Shown: one piece after another, positions 9,158-17,834 of the stretch
Layout: each line of letters starts with the position of its first letter
Position numbering within the stretch: position 1 is the stretch's first letter
Virus record (IMG/VR): IMGVR_UViG_3300047546_003220
Strand: one strand, 5' to 3'
DNA: 64,000 nt
From: a virus
Taxonomy: Duplodnaviria > Heunggongvirae > Uroviricota > Caudoviricetes
The notes under the pieces: model-generated
The model's database searches: none
The model's input: the letters and a program-made list of their open reading frames with translations, nothing else
Told to the model about the DNA's origin: nothing
Translations under genes and position numbers: made by a program

Positions 9158-9165
9158 CAAAGATA
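9158..9165 (-). promoter_or_regulatory. Bacteroidetes sigma-A -7 element TAnnTTTG (TATCTTTG on the minus strand)
   Basis: CAAAGATA on the plus strand, 22-29 nt upstream of the ATG at 9136. The same motif class recurs at five or more other minus-strand starts. Confidence 0.5.
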
Positions 9166-9228
9166 ATCATTTCACACAATTCACCAAAATTATTTGACGA
9201 AATAAGTTATAAAATCTGATAAATAAAA

Positions 9229-9639
9229 TTATTGGTTTATCAAACTTTCTTTGGAGAATGGTATGATTGATTTAAACTCCTCATTTGATATTTTTTCGAA
9301 CCATTCTTTGAAAATAGGAACCCATTTATCAGAAAAGAATCCATTCAGTTTAGTGAGTTCTTTTGGGTGTATTTCAACAAACGGACAAATATTTTTAATT
9401 TCATCTAAAGTGAATTTCGGGAAATCATATTGGTAAATTCCCCACTTGGTCTCAGTGAAGTTTTCACAGTTGTACCAATTTAGTAAAACGATTGCATCTT
9501 CATCTCCTATTGGCTTGATTATTTGGAAAGTTTTACCCTGCAATGCATGATAACTTTCAAATCCTTCGGGTTCAAAAATATTTTTTATTTCAGTCAAAAT
9601 TAAATCATCCAAAGATTCTTCCTTTATCAATATTTTCAT
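9229..9639 (-). CDS. small protein, fourth member of the 3097..4120 paralog family (MKILIKEESLDDLILTEIKNIFE… DKWVPIFKEWFEK)
   Basis: The conserved C-terminal W-x-P-I-F-x-E-W-F block is shared with 3734..4120 and 3417..3725. Confidence 0.45.
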   Translation of the reverse strand: MKILIKEESLDDLILTEIKNIFEPEGFESYHALQGKTFQIIKPIGDEDAIVLLNWYNCENFTETKWGIYQYDFPKFTLDEIKNICPFVEIHPKELTKLNGFFSDKWVPIFKEWFEKISNEEFKSIIPFSKESLINQ

Positions 9640-9667
9640 AAGTAAATTTAATTAATTGGAAAATAAA

Positions 9668-10609
9668 TTATCCTTTGGTCATTTTGAAATTTCTTTCCTT
9701 GATTTGTTGAATCAAATTCGGTGATGCTGACCTATCAATCAAAATTGAACCCCCCACAAATTCCAAATTTCCTAAATCCTCAACACTAGATTTTCTTAGT
9801 CTTAGTTTTCCACCAACATATTTCAAGTCACCTAATGATTTTATATTTGGTGAAGTTATCACTAATTCATCACCAACGTACTCTAAGTCACCTAATGAAT
9901 TCAATTCTGTTAGGCCATCACCTAAAACACACTTACCCCAAACTTTGCGAAGTTTACCCAATGAATTGGTTTTTCCCGATTGTAATTTGAACTTACCTTT
10001 AACCTCAATTAAGGTATCAAGATTGTTGCAAACGCTAAGCGAACAATCTCCTTTTACAAATTCCAACCCACCCAAATAATCTAATTCCGCCCCCACCCAC
10101 AAATCACAAAAAACATTTTTTAGTCTTGATAAGTTATTGATACCACTAAAAGAAGGCCTTCCGTCAAACCACACTTTATCCCTGATGAGTACAATATTTC
10201 CACCAAGTTTACTGGGAATTGATTTCATATTCTCTGTTGCTAAAAATAATTTAGGGTCCTCATAAATCAAAAAAACTGAACCGCTGGAGTCTGACTGCAA
10301 ATCCAAAATATTTGAAATTTCTTCTAAATTCTTTCCAGCTACTTCTGATAAAATTGATATTATGTCCTCATCGGTATATCCAGCTAAATAAGTTCTGAGA
10401 TATGGGTCTTCTCTGTCTATAACCGCTTCTGCGGTATTTTTTTTATTAACCCACTCTATTTGGCCTGTTTCAATGTCTCTTCTTGCAAGAGTTATACCAC
10501 CCCCTACAGATTTAATTGTTAAACCTGATTCTTTAATGTAATTTAATAATTTACTCAAATATTTTTCAGAAACTTGTTCCCTTATTATGTTTCTTATCAA
10601 TTCTCTCAT
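9668..10609 (-). CDS. leucine-rich-repeat-like (BspA-type) protein with the shared N-terminal motif (MRELIRNIIREQVSE)
   Basis: The C-terminal half holds roughly 23-aa repeats (…SLGDLEYVGDELVITSPNIKSLGDLKYVGGKLRLRKSSVEDLGNLEFVGGSILID…). Confidence 0.4.
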   Translation of the reverse strand: MRELIRNIIREQVSEKYLSKLLNYIKESGLTIKSVGGGITLARRDIETGQIEWVNKKNTAEAVIDREDPYLRTYLAGYTDEDIISILSEVAGKNLEEISNILDLQSDSSGSVFLIYEDPKLFLATENMKSIPSKLGGNIVLIRDKVWFDGRPSFSGINNLSRLKNVFCDLWVGAELDYLGGLEFVKGDCSLSVCNNLDTLIEVKGKFKLQSGKTNSLGKLRKVWGKCVLGDGLTELNSLGDLEYVGDELVITSPNIKSLGDLKYVGGKLRLRKSSVEDLGNLEFVGGSILIDRSASPNLIQQIKERNFKMTKG

Positions 10610-10625
10610 CTAAAATAAATATAAA

Positions 10626-10648
10626 ACCCCCACCATTTGGTGAGGGTT
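10626..10648 (-). terminator. rho-independent terminator (CCCCCACC attt GGTGAGGG)
   Basis: A hairpin flanked by A/T runs between the 10669 stop and the 10609 start. Confidence 0.5.
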
Positions 10649-10668
10649 CAAATATAATGATTAATCTA

Positions 10669-11235
10669 TTAGTTTTTCATTACGTACGGAGTTAATTCAG
10701 TCTTAACTTTCTCAAATTGTTCCTGAGTAATCATTCCCAAATCGAGAAGTTCTTTTTGTTCTTTGAGTTTAGCAAGGGCATTTTCTCGGTTCATACCTAA
10801 AGATTTCAATTCACCCACCGCAAAAGCCTCCTCAATATTAATTAGATAATTTGGACACATACCACAGAGTCCTTTACTAATAATATAAATTCTAAAACCA
10901 GCTCTTTTTGTTCCTTGAGCGTAAATTCTTTTAATGACGGTGTTGTTACCACTTACACTTGCTAAAGTCGGAGTTAATGGAGTTCCCGCCAATGCACCTG
11001 CAACACCTGAATAATCTTCAATGAAAGTAAAAGTTTTATTAACAGAAGGTCTGCCAATTTTCAAAGTATCACCGACCTTATATGTATGTCCATCCAAAGC
11101 AACATATTGGTCGAAATCCGCAGCTTCGAAAGCACCTTTGGTGAATGTTTTCATTTGCTCCGCGGTGATTGTTTTTTGACCATAAGATTGAATCGATGCA
11201 ATTAGGGCGATTGCGACCACAAGGATTTGTTTCAT
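10669..11235 (-). CDS. secreted protein with a C-terminal SHOCT-like domain
   Basis: Signal peptide MKQILVVAIALIASIQSYGQ. The C-terminus LKEQKELLDLGMITQEQFEKVKTEL matches the SHOCT pattern (L..LL..G.IT.EEF…K..L). Confidence 0.45.
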   Translation of the reverse strand: MKQILVVAIALIASIQSYGQKTITAEQMKTFTKGAFEAADFDQYVALDGHTYKVGDTLKIGRPSVNKTFTFIEDYSGVAGALAGTPLTPTLASVSGNNTVIKRIYAQGTKRAGFRIYIISKGLCGMCPNYLINIEEAFAVGELKSLGMNRENALAKLKEQKELLDLGMITQEQFEKVKTELTPYVMKN

Positions 11236-11258
11236 GTTTATTTGTTTGATTTAGATTA

Positions 11259-11266
11259 CAAAGATA
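11259..11266 (-). promoter_or_regulatory. -7 element TATCTTTG inside a 20-nt motif (GATTTAGATTACAAAGATAA on the plus strand, 11248..11267) repeated at 49368..49387
   Basis: Lies 24-31 nt upstream of the ATG at 11235. An identical 20-mer recurs upstream of the 48604..49359 gene. Confidence 0.5.
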
Positions 11267-11290
11267 AGTGCATTGGTAATTACGGCAAAA

Positions 11291-12532
11291 TTAAATTTTA
11301 TCAGATTTTTTCAAGTTATCTTCCTTAAGTAAAAGTTGACCATTTTCAATTGTTGTCTCACCACCCAAGGTATATGGGTCAACGTGGTCAGCATGAACCA
11401 AATCACCATTCAAAACTTGTAATAAATCCATCTTTACTTCCGTTCCATCAAGTCTTTTGACGATACCTTTAGATTGTTGGTACATTTTGATTTTATCATC
11501 AATACTGAAAAGTCTTTTGTTATCCAACTTGATAAAGTACTCGTCGATATAAGGGATGAAATCCGAAATAATTCTATCTGACTTTTCCTTCAACTTCTTT
11601 GGAGCGTATCTAAGGTTGTTCTTCCAAGAATCGATTTCCATAAGTCTTTTACCTTCCAACTCAATGTAAGTTTTAGAGAATTCACTAACGGTCTTCTCAT
11701 TCAACTTTCTACCTGTGTTGTGGTAAATCTCATACAAGAAAACAAATAGGTTCATTACCAGGGATTTATCAATCTTGATTTTGTTTGTTCCCATGTTTTT
11801 CACAATTGTCTCCCATGCGGAAATTATTGTTTTGAACTCTTTTTCGTTATCGATACTTTTTCTTTCATAAAGAGACTTCAAGGATGCCACTGAGATGTTA
11901 GTTGAAGGATGTTGGTGATAAGCCAACATCATAGCATATAACTCATCGTCCTGCATTCTATTCTGATTAAGACCAGAAATCAGTTGTGTTGTGTTAGATT
12001 TGGATAAGTCGACAGATAAATCACGGATGAAATCAGAAACGTAACCAAAAATTGCATTTCGGTCTTCTTGTTTGTTCCAAGCAATACCTTTGTTGGTTCT
12101 GATTGCAATCAGATGCATATCAGCTCTTGAACAACTTCTGAAGATGGTCAAAGGAATTTGTCTCTCCCTGAAGAAAATCTCCTCATCAGGTTTCATATTT
12201 TCTTTATCCACAACCGCCCAAGAATCCAAACAATAGTTTGTTCTATTATTACCATCGATTGAAATATACTTGAAGTTCCTCTCCTTGACTTTTGTAAAAT
12301 AATCCAAGTCAAGTTGATTCTTTGTTATTTCAGCCTTTTCAATACAACTTTCAACCGACACCAAAATTATTGGATTCGCGATTGTGTTTTCAATAACAGA
12401 GGTTCTAAACCCAATCTTACTTGAGTCTTTCCAAACTTTTTTTCTTTGGAAACGTGGGTCTACATATGTTTTGAGAGCGTAACTTTTTACAAAGTTCTCA
12501 ATGGTGGTTTCGGTATTTTGTCTGTATATCAT
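11291..12532 (-). CDS. DUF262 (ParB-like nuclease, DGxxR motif) fused to an HNH/DUF1524-like nuclease; GmrSD-like. The ATG start is at 12532; the track start is TTG.
   Basis: …ISIDGNNRTN… resembles the DUF262 DGQQR motif. The C-terminus …VHADHVDPYTLGGETTIENGQLLL… is a His-Me finger. Confidence 0.45.
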   Translation of the reverse strand: MIYRQNTETTIENFVKSYALKTYVDPRFQRKKVWKDSSKIGFRTSVIENTIANPIILVSVESCIEKAEITKNQLDLDYFTKVKERNFKYISIDGNNRTNYCLDSWAVVDKENMKPDEEIFFRERQIPLTIFRSCSRADMHLIAIRTNKGIAWNKQEDRNAIFGYVSDFIRDLSVDLSKSNTTQLISGLNQNRMQDDELYAMMLAYHQHPSTNISVASLKSLYERKSIDNEKEFKTIISAWETIVKNMGTNKIKIDKSLVMNLFVFLYEIYHNTGRKLNEKTVSEFSKTYIELEGKRLMEIDSWKNNLRYAPKKLKEKSDRIISDFIPYIDEYFIKLDNKRLFSIDDKIKMYQQSKGIVKRLDGTEVKMDLLQVLNGDLVHADHVDPYTLGGETTIENGQLLLKEDNLKKSDKI

Positions 12533-12567
12533 CTGTCGTATTTTCAGCAAATATAAAGTAATTGTTG

Positions 12568-13833
12568 TTATGCCAAAAGTTTTTTTCCTGCCTTTTCTCT
12601 ATGAAATTTGATTGCAAATCTGTGAATCTCCTCTTGTATCACACCTAACACCGTCCATTGCATTGGATGTTGTTTACCATCAATCGTGTGGATGATATTA
12701 CTTCTGTGATTACCATCTTTGGAGATAGATATCAGGTCAACTTTACCAAGAAGGTTCAGTGATTCCAAAACACCTTTCGCGGTGTTTAATTGACCCTTTC
12801 CTCCGTCAATAATAACAAGGTTGGGTAGTTGACCCTTTTCATCCAAGAGTCTCTTAAAACGTCTATAAACCACCTCTTCGAAGGACGCACAGTCGTTACC
12901 TTTGTTCTCTCCATCACGGATGATGTACTTACGATACTGATTTTTCTCAGGTTTGTTGTTAACAAATCTTACAGAGGCTGCAACATTACAATCCCCCTGA
13001 TTATGGGAGTTATCGAACGCTTCAATGATGAGTGGCAATTGAGAAAGACCCAATACCTTCTTGATACCAAAAGCAATCTTGTTGTACTTACGTACTCGAA
13101 TTGGTTCAAGTTTGTCCTCAAGGAGTTTGATTTGGTTAACTCTATGAAGATAGTTGTCCGCTTTTTCAAATTCCAGATTCTTAGCAAACTCATGCATCTT
13201 ACCTGTGAGAAATGTCTTGAGCATCTTGTAATCGAGTTCAAAGATTTTTCTGACGATAAGTTGATACTTCAAGTAATACAAATTGGATTCAAGAGCAATA
13301 CAAGGAGCATTACAACGTCCAAGGTGATACTCAAGACAAGGTTTGAACTTACCCGCTTCGATATTCTCTTGATTGAGAGTATAGGAACAGGTTCTGAGTG
13401 GTAGGATGTCGTTGATAAGTTGCATTACCTCGTGAGCCCTCTGACCTGATGTGAAATTGATACCACGAGTCTCATCACCTTTACCGTGAGTGATTTGGAG
13501 TTTAGCATAAGGACCCTCAGTCAAAGACAAGTACCAAGTTCTTGTCTTGTCGTCCTTACCTTTGATGTTGAACTTTGGTTTGTAGATTTTGATGAGCTCT
13601 TCTTCCATGATAAGAGCCTCCGCTTCAGATGAAGCAATCTGATACTCAACATCACGGATTTGTTCAACAAGAGTTCTTGTTTTTTTGTCCTCGTGTTTTT
13701 TTGTGAAATAAGATGATACACGTTTTGGAAGGAACTTCGACATCCCAACATAGATAACCTGGTCTTTATCATCTTTGTAGATGTAACAACCAGGGTATTT
13801 GGGAGCCGACTTTATTTTTTCTTTGAGTTCCAT
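12568..13833 (-). CDS. truncated UvrC-like dual nuclease (GIY-YIG domain, Cys cluster and RNase-H-like UvrC endonuclease domain, with no UvrB-binding or HhH region)
   Basis: N-terminus PGCYIYKDDKDQVIYVGMSKFLPKRVSSYF is GIY-YIG. PCLEYHLGRCNAPC is the UvrC Cys cluster. EAFDNSHNQG…VIIDGGKGQLNTAKGVL is the UvrC C-terminal endonuclease motif. At 421 aa it is far shorter than the roughly 600-aa UvrC. Confidence 0.6.
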   Translation of the reverse strand: MELKEKIKSAPKYPGCYIYKDDKDQVIYVGMSKFLPKRVSSYFTKKHEDKKTRTLVEQIRDVEYQIASSEAEALIMEEELIKIYKPKFNIKGKDDKTRTWYLSLTEGPYAKLQITHGKGDETRGINFTSGQRAHEVMQLINDILPLRTCSYTLNQENIEAGKFKPCLEYHLGRCNAPCIALESNLYYLKYQLIVRKIFELDYKMLKTFLTGKMHEFAKNLEFEKADNYLHRVNQIKLLEDKLEPIRVRKYNKIAFGIKKVLGLSQLPLIIEAFDNSHNQGDCNVAASVRFVNNKPEKNQYRKYIIRDGENKGNDCASFEEVVYRRFKRLLDEKGQLPNLVIIDGGKGQLNTAKGVLESLNLLGKVDLISISKDGNHRSNIIHTIDGKQHPMQWTVLGVIQEEIHRFAIKFHREKAGKKLLA

Positions 13834-14042
13834 TCTTTTTTGTGTCTATAAAACCAAATAAGGTGAATAACAATAACGCACGAATTTACAACAATTGTTG
13901 GACCTGCAGAAATTCCAACACCATAAATAATCCAAAAACAAGCACCGATTGTATTAATCAGTCTTAAACGGAAAATGTTCTCAACTAAGAATGAACTTAG
14001 AATGAGAACAGTTCCAATGTATCCAAATATTTCCCAACTCAT
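13812..14042 (-). CDS. small 2-TM membrane protein
   Basis: Two hydrophobic helices (IGTVLILSSFLV…; FWIIYGVGISAGPTIVVNSCVIVIHLIWF) and a basic C-terminus; 76 aa. Confidence 0.35.
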   Translation of the reverse strand: MSWEIFGYIGTVLILSSFLVENIFRLRLINTIGACFWIIYGVGISAGPTIVVNSCVIVIHLIWFYRHKKEWNSKKK

Positions 14043-14494
14043 TTCGCGAATGCCTTATCTGCCCAAGTCTTAGCCCCAACCAAAGTCCACAAATTCATAT
14101 CACACATATCAGGGAAAGACTGTCTCATAGTTCCCACAGTGATTACCTTTAAAAAACCAAGGTCGATTGAATACCACTTACCACCTTTGGTAGTGTAAAC
14201 GTTCATCCACTGACCGTATTCGTTCTTAGCTTGAATGTTAACCAAAGAATTCTTACCATACCCACGGATTACGTCAACGGTTCCTTTGGTGTCGTGGATG
14301 TTGATGAACCCCGCCTTGCATTTGCCTGCAATACGGAATTCATATTCCTTGTTGATATCTTTCAGGTGGTTTGAAACTGAAACGTCGAGAGATTTACCTT
14401 TAACGTAAGTTCTGAATGAACCGTAAAAAACGTCAGAAGAATAGGCGTTGTTGGTGTTGATGTGAAGTGCGGGGATGGTGATGGTTTGGGTCAT
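14039..14494 (-). CDS. hypothetical beta-rich protein
   Basis: ATG at 14492-14494 and a -7 box 23-30 nt upstream. Confidence 0.4.
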   Translation of the reverse strand: MTQTITIPALHINTNNAYSSDVFYGSFRTYVKGKSLDVSVSNHLKDINKEYEFRIAGKCKAGFINIHDTKGTVDVIRGYGKNSLVNIQAKNEYGQWMNVYTTKGGKWYSIDLGFLKVITVGTMRQSFPDMCDMNLWTLVGAKTWADKAFAK

Positions 14495-14516
14495 AGTGTG
14501 TTTGTTTTTGTGAATA

Positions 14517-14524
14517 CAAATATA
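14517..14524 (-). promoter_or_regulatory. -7 element TATATTTG (minus strand) for the 14039..14494 gene
   Basis: CAAATATA on the plus strand, within GTGAATACAAATATA (compare GTGAATACAAAGATA at 9151). Confidence 0.45.
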
Positions 14525-14625
14525 CGACCCTCAAAGTTACCAGCCAAAAAATTTTATATGGACTTCAAAATTTCTTTGACGTTGAGCCATTCTATCCCTC
14601 TCCCTGTGCCAGTCGATGTAGTTCA

Positions 14626-15048
14626 TCATACCTTATCACAGATGTGAGGTTGGTAACAACCTTGACCTCCACCTTCAACATATCCAACTCTATCGTTGAT
14701 GTTTGTTGAACGAAGATATGGTGTCTCTTGACCACAGATTACACATCTGTCTTTCTCATCCATCTTTGGGTCTCCTTGAAGAATACATCCTAAGTGGTCG
14801 TAACCTACGAGGTAATCGTACTCAACTTCTGAGGTATCTTTACCGCAGATGGAACAAGTCCAAGGTCTAATAATTTTTTTGACGGTTCCGTCAGGGGCAA
14901 TATCCAAAAAGAAATGTTCATCATCTCTTGGTGGACCTTCTTGATTTCTTCTTTCTTGCCAATACTTGTTTCTCACAAGTTCCCCTAAAGCATAGTTATT
15001 TGAATTACTGAGAATTTCTTCTGATGTGATGGTCACTGTAATGCTCAT
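14626..15048 (-). CDS. zinc-ribbon protein (two CxxC pairs). The ATG start is at 15048 (MSITVTITSEEIL).
   Basis: …WTCSICGKD…DRCVICGQE… and a further C…C pair. Confidence 0.35.
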   Translation of the reverse strand: MSITVTITSEEILSNSNNYALGELVRNKYWQERRNQEGPPRDDEHFFLDIAPDGTVKKIIRPWTCSICGKDTSEVEYDYLVGYDHLGCILQGDPKMDEKDRCVICGQETPYLRSTNINDRVGYVEGGGQGCYQPHICDKV

Positions 15049-15107
15049 ATGATTTGTTTTTAAAAAAATATGATACAAAAACAAAAAAACAAATCTATTT
15101 ATATGTT

Positions 15108-15521
15108 ATGGAAAAAAAATCACAAGAGTGGTTAGAAAAGTTCAGAAATACATTGGGTGAAAAGTATAAGTACATCTTAACTTCAGAGCTCAAAAATTAT
15201 GAAGTGCTAAGTTGTTTTTGTGATGAAGTGATTTTAGATAAAAATGACGAGTTGATAGAAATAAGTTTGGATATCCATGTGGATTTCATGGGTGGGTGTA
15301 ATGGTGATTCATATTCAATCGGTTACATGATAAACCAAATGAACGATGACTTAAGAGCTGTATTATATGAATTTATTGTTGATAAAAAAACTTTAAAATT
15401 CAGAAAAGCAAGTGAAAATGACCCAATGTTAAATGACGGATTATTTTTAGACTTCATTTATAAAATTGATGAGAAACACGAAGCCAAGATTTTTTATAAA
15501 TACGAATACGAAGAGTTATAA
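15108..15521 (+). CDS. hypothetical protein (first gene of a plus-strand island). The ATG is at 15108; the track start at 15054 is probably an extension.
   Basis: ORF with an ATG start; divergent from the 14626..15048 gene. Confidence 0.35.
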   Translation: MEKKSQEWLEKFRNTLGEKYKYILTSELKNYEVLSCFCDEVILDKNDELIEISLDIHVDFMGGCNGDSYSIGYMINQMNDDLRAVLYEFIVDKKTLKFRKASENDPMLNDGLFLDFIYKIDEKHEAKIFYKYEYEEL

Positions 15522-16387
15522 TGATAAGTAACGAAAAGATATATAAGATTGCCAAGAATTTACATGAGTTCACGGGACTACACACTTACAGTTCCCCAAC
15601 CAATGTAATTACCCTTTTCAAAAATAGGAGGGACCAAACAACAGAATACATAAGAAATTTCGGACCAGATAATTTCGTTAAGATTTGTATTGCAATGTGG
15701 GGAATATCAAGTCAGGCATCATTTGAAGAAATTGAAAGATGGTATGAGGAATTGTTTTTTGCAACTGTGTTTTACACAGATGGGGATTACCATGAAAATG
15801 AGTGTGATGACTGTAGCGGGAATGGAAGTGTAGACTGTGATTATTGTGATGGGAATGGAAGAATTGATTGTGATGACTGTGACGGAAGCGGTAAAATTAG
15901 TTGTGATACATGTGATGGAGATGGTGAGGTTGAGGATGGTGGTGATACGAAGACTTGTGAAACTTGTGATGGTGATGGTGATGTATATTGTGATACTTGT
16001 GACGGTGACGGCTACGAAACATGTGACCAATGTTCGGGTGGAGGTAGTGAAGAATGTAGTGAATGTGATGGTAGTGGTACAATAGTATCTGATTTTGAAA
16101 AGAATTATTATGTCCAATTAATCGCATCTTGGAATCCAACACTCAAAACTAAATGTGAATTAGAAGAGGAAACAATGAAGCCAATAACCTCTCAAACCAA
16201 ATTTGAATCTCTAAATTCCGTGATGATATTAAACACCGATGAAAGCTATGCTGAATTAGATACTGAGGTTCAAGAACATAAAATATACTGTTTGCAGTTT
16301 ATGGGAGACTCACCAAGATTAAGTCTATCTCCATTTGATACTAAAATAGATATGGTAGCTTGGGACGCTGACCACCTTTATTTATGA
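15521..16387 (+). CDS. protein with about ten tandem CxxCxGxG zinc-finger repeats of the DnaJ cysteine-rich type
   Basis: …CDDCSGNGSVDCDYCDGNGRIDCDDCDGSGKISCDTCDGDGEV…CETCDGDGDVYCDTCDGDGYETCDQCSGGGSEECSECDGSG…. Confidence 0.55.
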   Translation: MISNEKIYKIAKNLHEFTGLHTYSSPTNVITLFKNRRDQTTEYIRNFGPDNFVKICIAMWGISSQASFEEIERWYEELFFATVFYTDGDYHENECDDCSGNGSVDCDYCDGNGRIDCDDCDGSGKISCDTCDGDGEVEDGGDTKTCETCDGDGDVYCDTCDGDGYETCDQCSGGGSEECSECDGSGTIVSDFEKNYYVQLIASWNPTLKTKCELEEETMKPITSQTKFESLNSVMILNTDESYAELDTEVQEHKIYCLQFMGDSPRLSLSPFDTKIDMVAWDADHLYL

Positions 16388-16872
16388 GTGAAGTAAATTA
16401 TTTTTTGAAGGTTTTATCGAAAGAAGGATATCCAAATCCTGATGTAAAATCTATTGCCGCAATGATGGATTATAATATAGAATTATTTCTATTAGACCTA
16501 AAACAAGAAATCGGTGAAGATGGTGTAGTTGATTTTTGTGAGAAAGCAATAGAAAAACTTACAGGTAAAGAAGGTCTTAGAGTTGATTTGGATGGACCAA
16601 ACGGTGATGAATATTGTTATATACACATATACCCAATATATTACCACGAGGATGAATCTGAAAATGATGTTATAAGTAAACATGTTTGGGGTGACTCAAA
16701 AATTTTGAGTACAAATGAAGAAGGTGAAGGGGAATATATGACTATTCAAGAGGTCATTGATAATACAGACATGGGTGGTTGGTCTGATTTAGACGACCTA
16801 CTCGACCATATCAAAGAGAAAGCATACAACAAAGTATATCAAAACTGTGGTTTTGGTATATGGTGGGAATAA
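16384..16872 (+). CDS. hypothetical acidic protein
   Basis: A 162-aa ORF that overlaps the previous gene by 4 nt, suggesting translational coupling. Confidence 0.35.
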   Translation: MSEVNYFLKVLSKEGYPNPDVKSIAAMMDYNIELFLLDLKQEIGEDGVVDFCEKAIEKLTGKEGLRVDLDGPNGDEYCYIHIYPIYYHEDESENDVISKHVWGDSKILSTNEEGEGEYMTIQEVIDNTDMGGWSDLDDLLDHIKEKAYNKVYQNCGFGIWWE

Positions 16873-16875
16873 AAA

Positions 16876-16895
16876 ATGGGAGACCGAAGTCTCCC
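16876..16895. terminator. bidirectional hairpin terminator (TGGGAGAC cgaa GTCTCCCA)
   Basis: A perfect 8-bp stem with a T-run on the minus-strand side. It sits between the convergent 16384..16872 (+) and 16938..17237 (-) genes. Confidence 0.55.
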
Positions 16896-16937
16896 ATAGG
16901 GGCTGTACGGTTTTAACAGCCACTCCACCACCAAGTT

Positions 16938-17237
16938 TTACTTAACTTGGAAATCATTTCTAAAAATAAGATTAGCAATAAATTCCACTTGTTTGGAATC
17001 CTGATAGCCTAAAACATCATCGTTGGCTTCAGGGACATAGTATTTTGTAACAAAGTCCCGAGTTTCCTCATCTAAGATGGCAATCTCAAAATCATTCTCG
17101 AAATCTCCGTATAAACCCTGAGCACCTCCCACAATTGAAAGAGCGACTTTACCATCGGAAAGGACCGTTTGACGAGCTCCTTCCATTCTATTTGAGTGAG
17201 GCTTAGAGTAAGATATTATGTCTTTAATTGTAATCAT
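16938..17237 (-). CDS. hypothetical protein
   Basis: A 99-aa ORF with an ATG start at 17235-17237. Confidence 0.35.
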   Translation of the reverse strand: MITIKDIISYSKPHSNRMEGARQTVLSDGKVALSIVGGAQGLYGDFENDFEIAILDEETRDFVTKYYVPEANDDVLGYQDSKQVEFIANLIFRNDFQVK

Positions 17238-17500
17238 TTTGAGTTCAAAAGTTGTTTTAATTTAATTTCAAGAAGTTCGATGTTGTCCTTATCCTTACGG
17301 TTCTTGTTAGGTTTCATTCGAATACAATCAATAATCTCACGGATATAATCCGCTTCAGATTGCTCAACAGGTTCGGGAGAACCTTTGAGAAGTTTGTCTT
17401 CATTTTCAACATCGTCCTTAGCATTTCTCTCGCCAAGTTTGTACGCCCCGTACACAAGCGCTCCGAAGAACGCATATCTTAGAATTTGTTTGGTGTTCAT
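17234..17500 (-). CDS. small membrane-anchored protein
   Basis: N-terminal TM segment ILRYAFFGALVYGAYKL. Confidence 0.35.
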   Translation of the reverse strand: MNTKQILRYAFFGALVYGAYKLGERNAKDDVENEDKLLKGSPEPVEQSEADYIREIIDCIRMKPNKNRKDKDNIELLEIKLKQLLNSK

Positions 17501-17778
17501 TTGGTTACCTCCGCTTCGATTTTAGATTTATTAACAAGATGGTCAGTTAGAGTGTACATATCAAGTTTAGTGGTAACGATTGAGTTAACCAAGTGCTTAT
17601 ATGGTATATGAACCAAAAAATCGGTTCCATTGAAAAATGTGAGGTCGTTTTTTGTCTCGATACAACCTTGTACGAGTTTCAAGAACAACTTAAATTGACT
17701 AGCATTTACAAAGGTCTCTTCCAAAAGAATTCCGAAAGTCTCGTGTTGAATTTTTACGTGATGGCTGTGTAGGTTCAT
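17497..17778 (-). CDS. hypothetical protein. The ATG start is at 17778 (MNLHSHHVKIQ); the track start at 17808 is TTG.
   Basis: A -7 box TATCTTTG lies 18-25 nt upstream. Confidence 0.35.
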   Translation of the reverse strand: MNLHSHHVKIQHETFGILLEETFVNASQFKLFLKLVQGCIETKNDLTFFNGTDFLVHIPYKHLVNSIVTTKLDMYTLTDHLVNKSKIEAEVTK

Positions 17779-17795
17779 ATCGTTTTTATTTACAA

Positions 17796-17803
17796 CAAAG
17801 ATA
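17796..17803 (-). promoter_or_regulatory. -7 element TATCTTTG
   Basis: CAAAGATA on the plus strand upstream of the ATG at 17778. Confidence 0.4.
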
Positions 17804-17834
17804 AACAATTATTCGGTACCACAAAAATTATTTT

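Noticed and set aside
9137-9160. ORF-track N-terminal extensions that start at TTG or GTG (for example 8387..9160, 3417..3746, 3734..4132, 11291..12550, 17497..17808, 17835..18395, 24163..24720, 23804..)
   Set aside because: I checked the start codons. Each has a nearby in-frame ATG that is preceded at the right distance by a TAnnTTTG box or that exposes the shared N-terminal motif, so I used the ATG coordinates.
12829-13404. Antisense ORFs 12829..13404 (+), 12969..13241 (-) and 13521..13772 (-) within the UvrC-like gene
   Set aside because: They are nested or opposite-strand ORFs with no motifs; the UvrC-like frame carries clear domain signatures.
15719-16142. Antisense and alternative-frame ORFs 15719..16117 (-), 15837..16085 (+) and 15897..16142 (-), including a His-rich one, inside the CxxCxGxG-repeat gene
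   Set aside because: They arise from the TGTGATG/GATGG-type repeats; the Cys-repeat frame has a proper start, is coupled to its neighbours and shows a recognisable motif.
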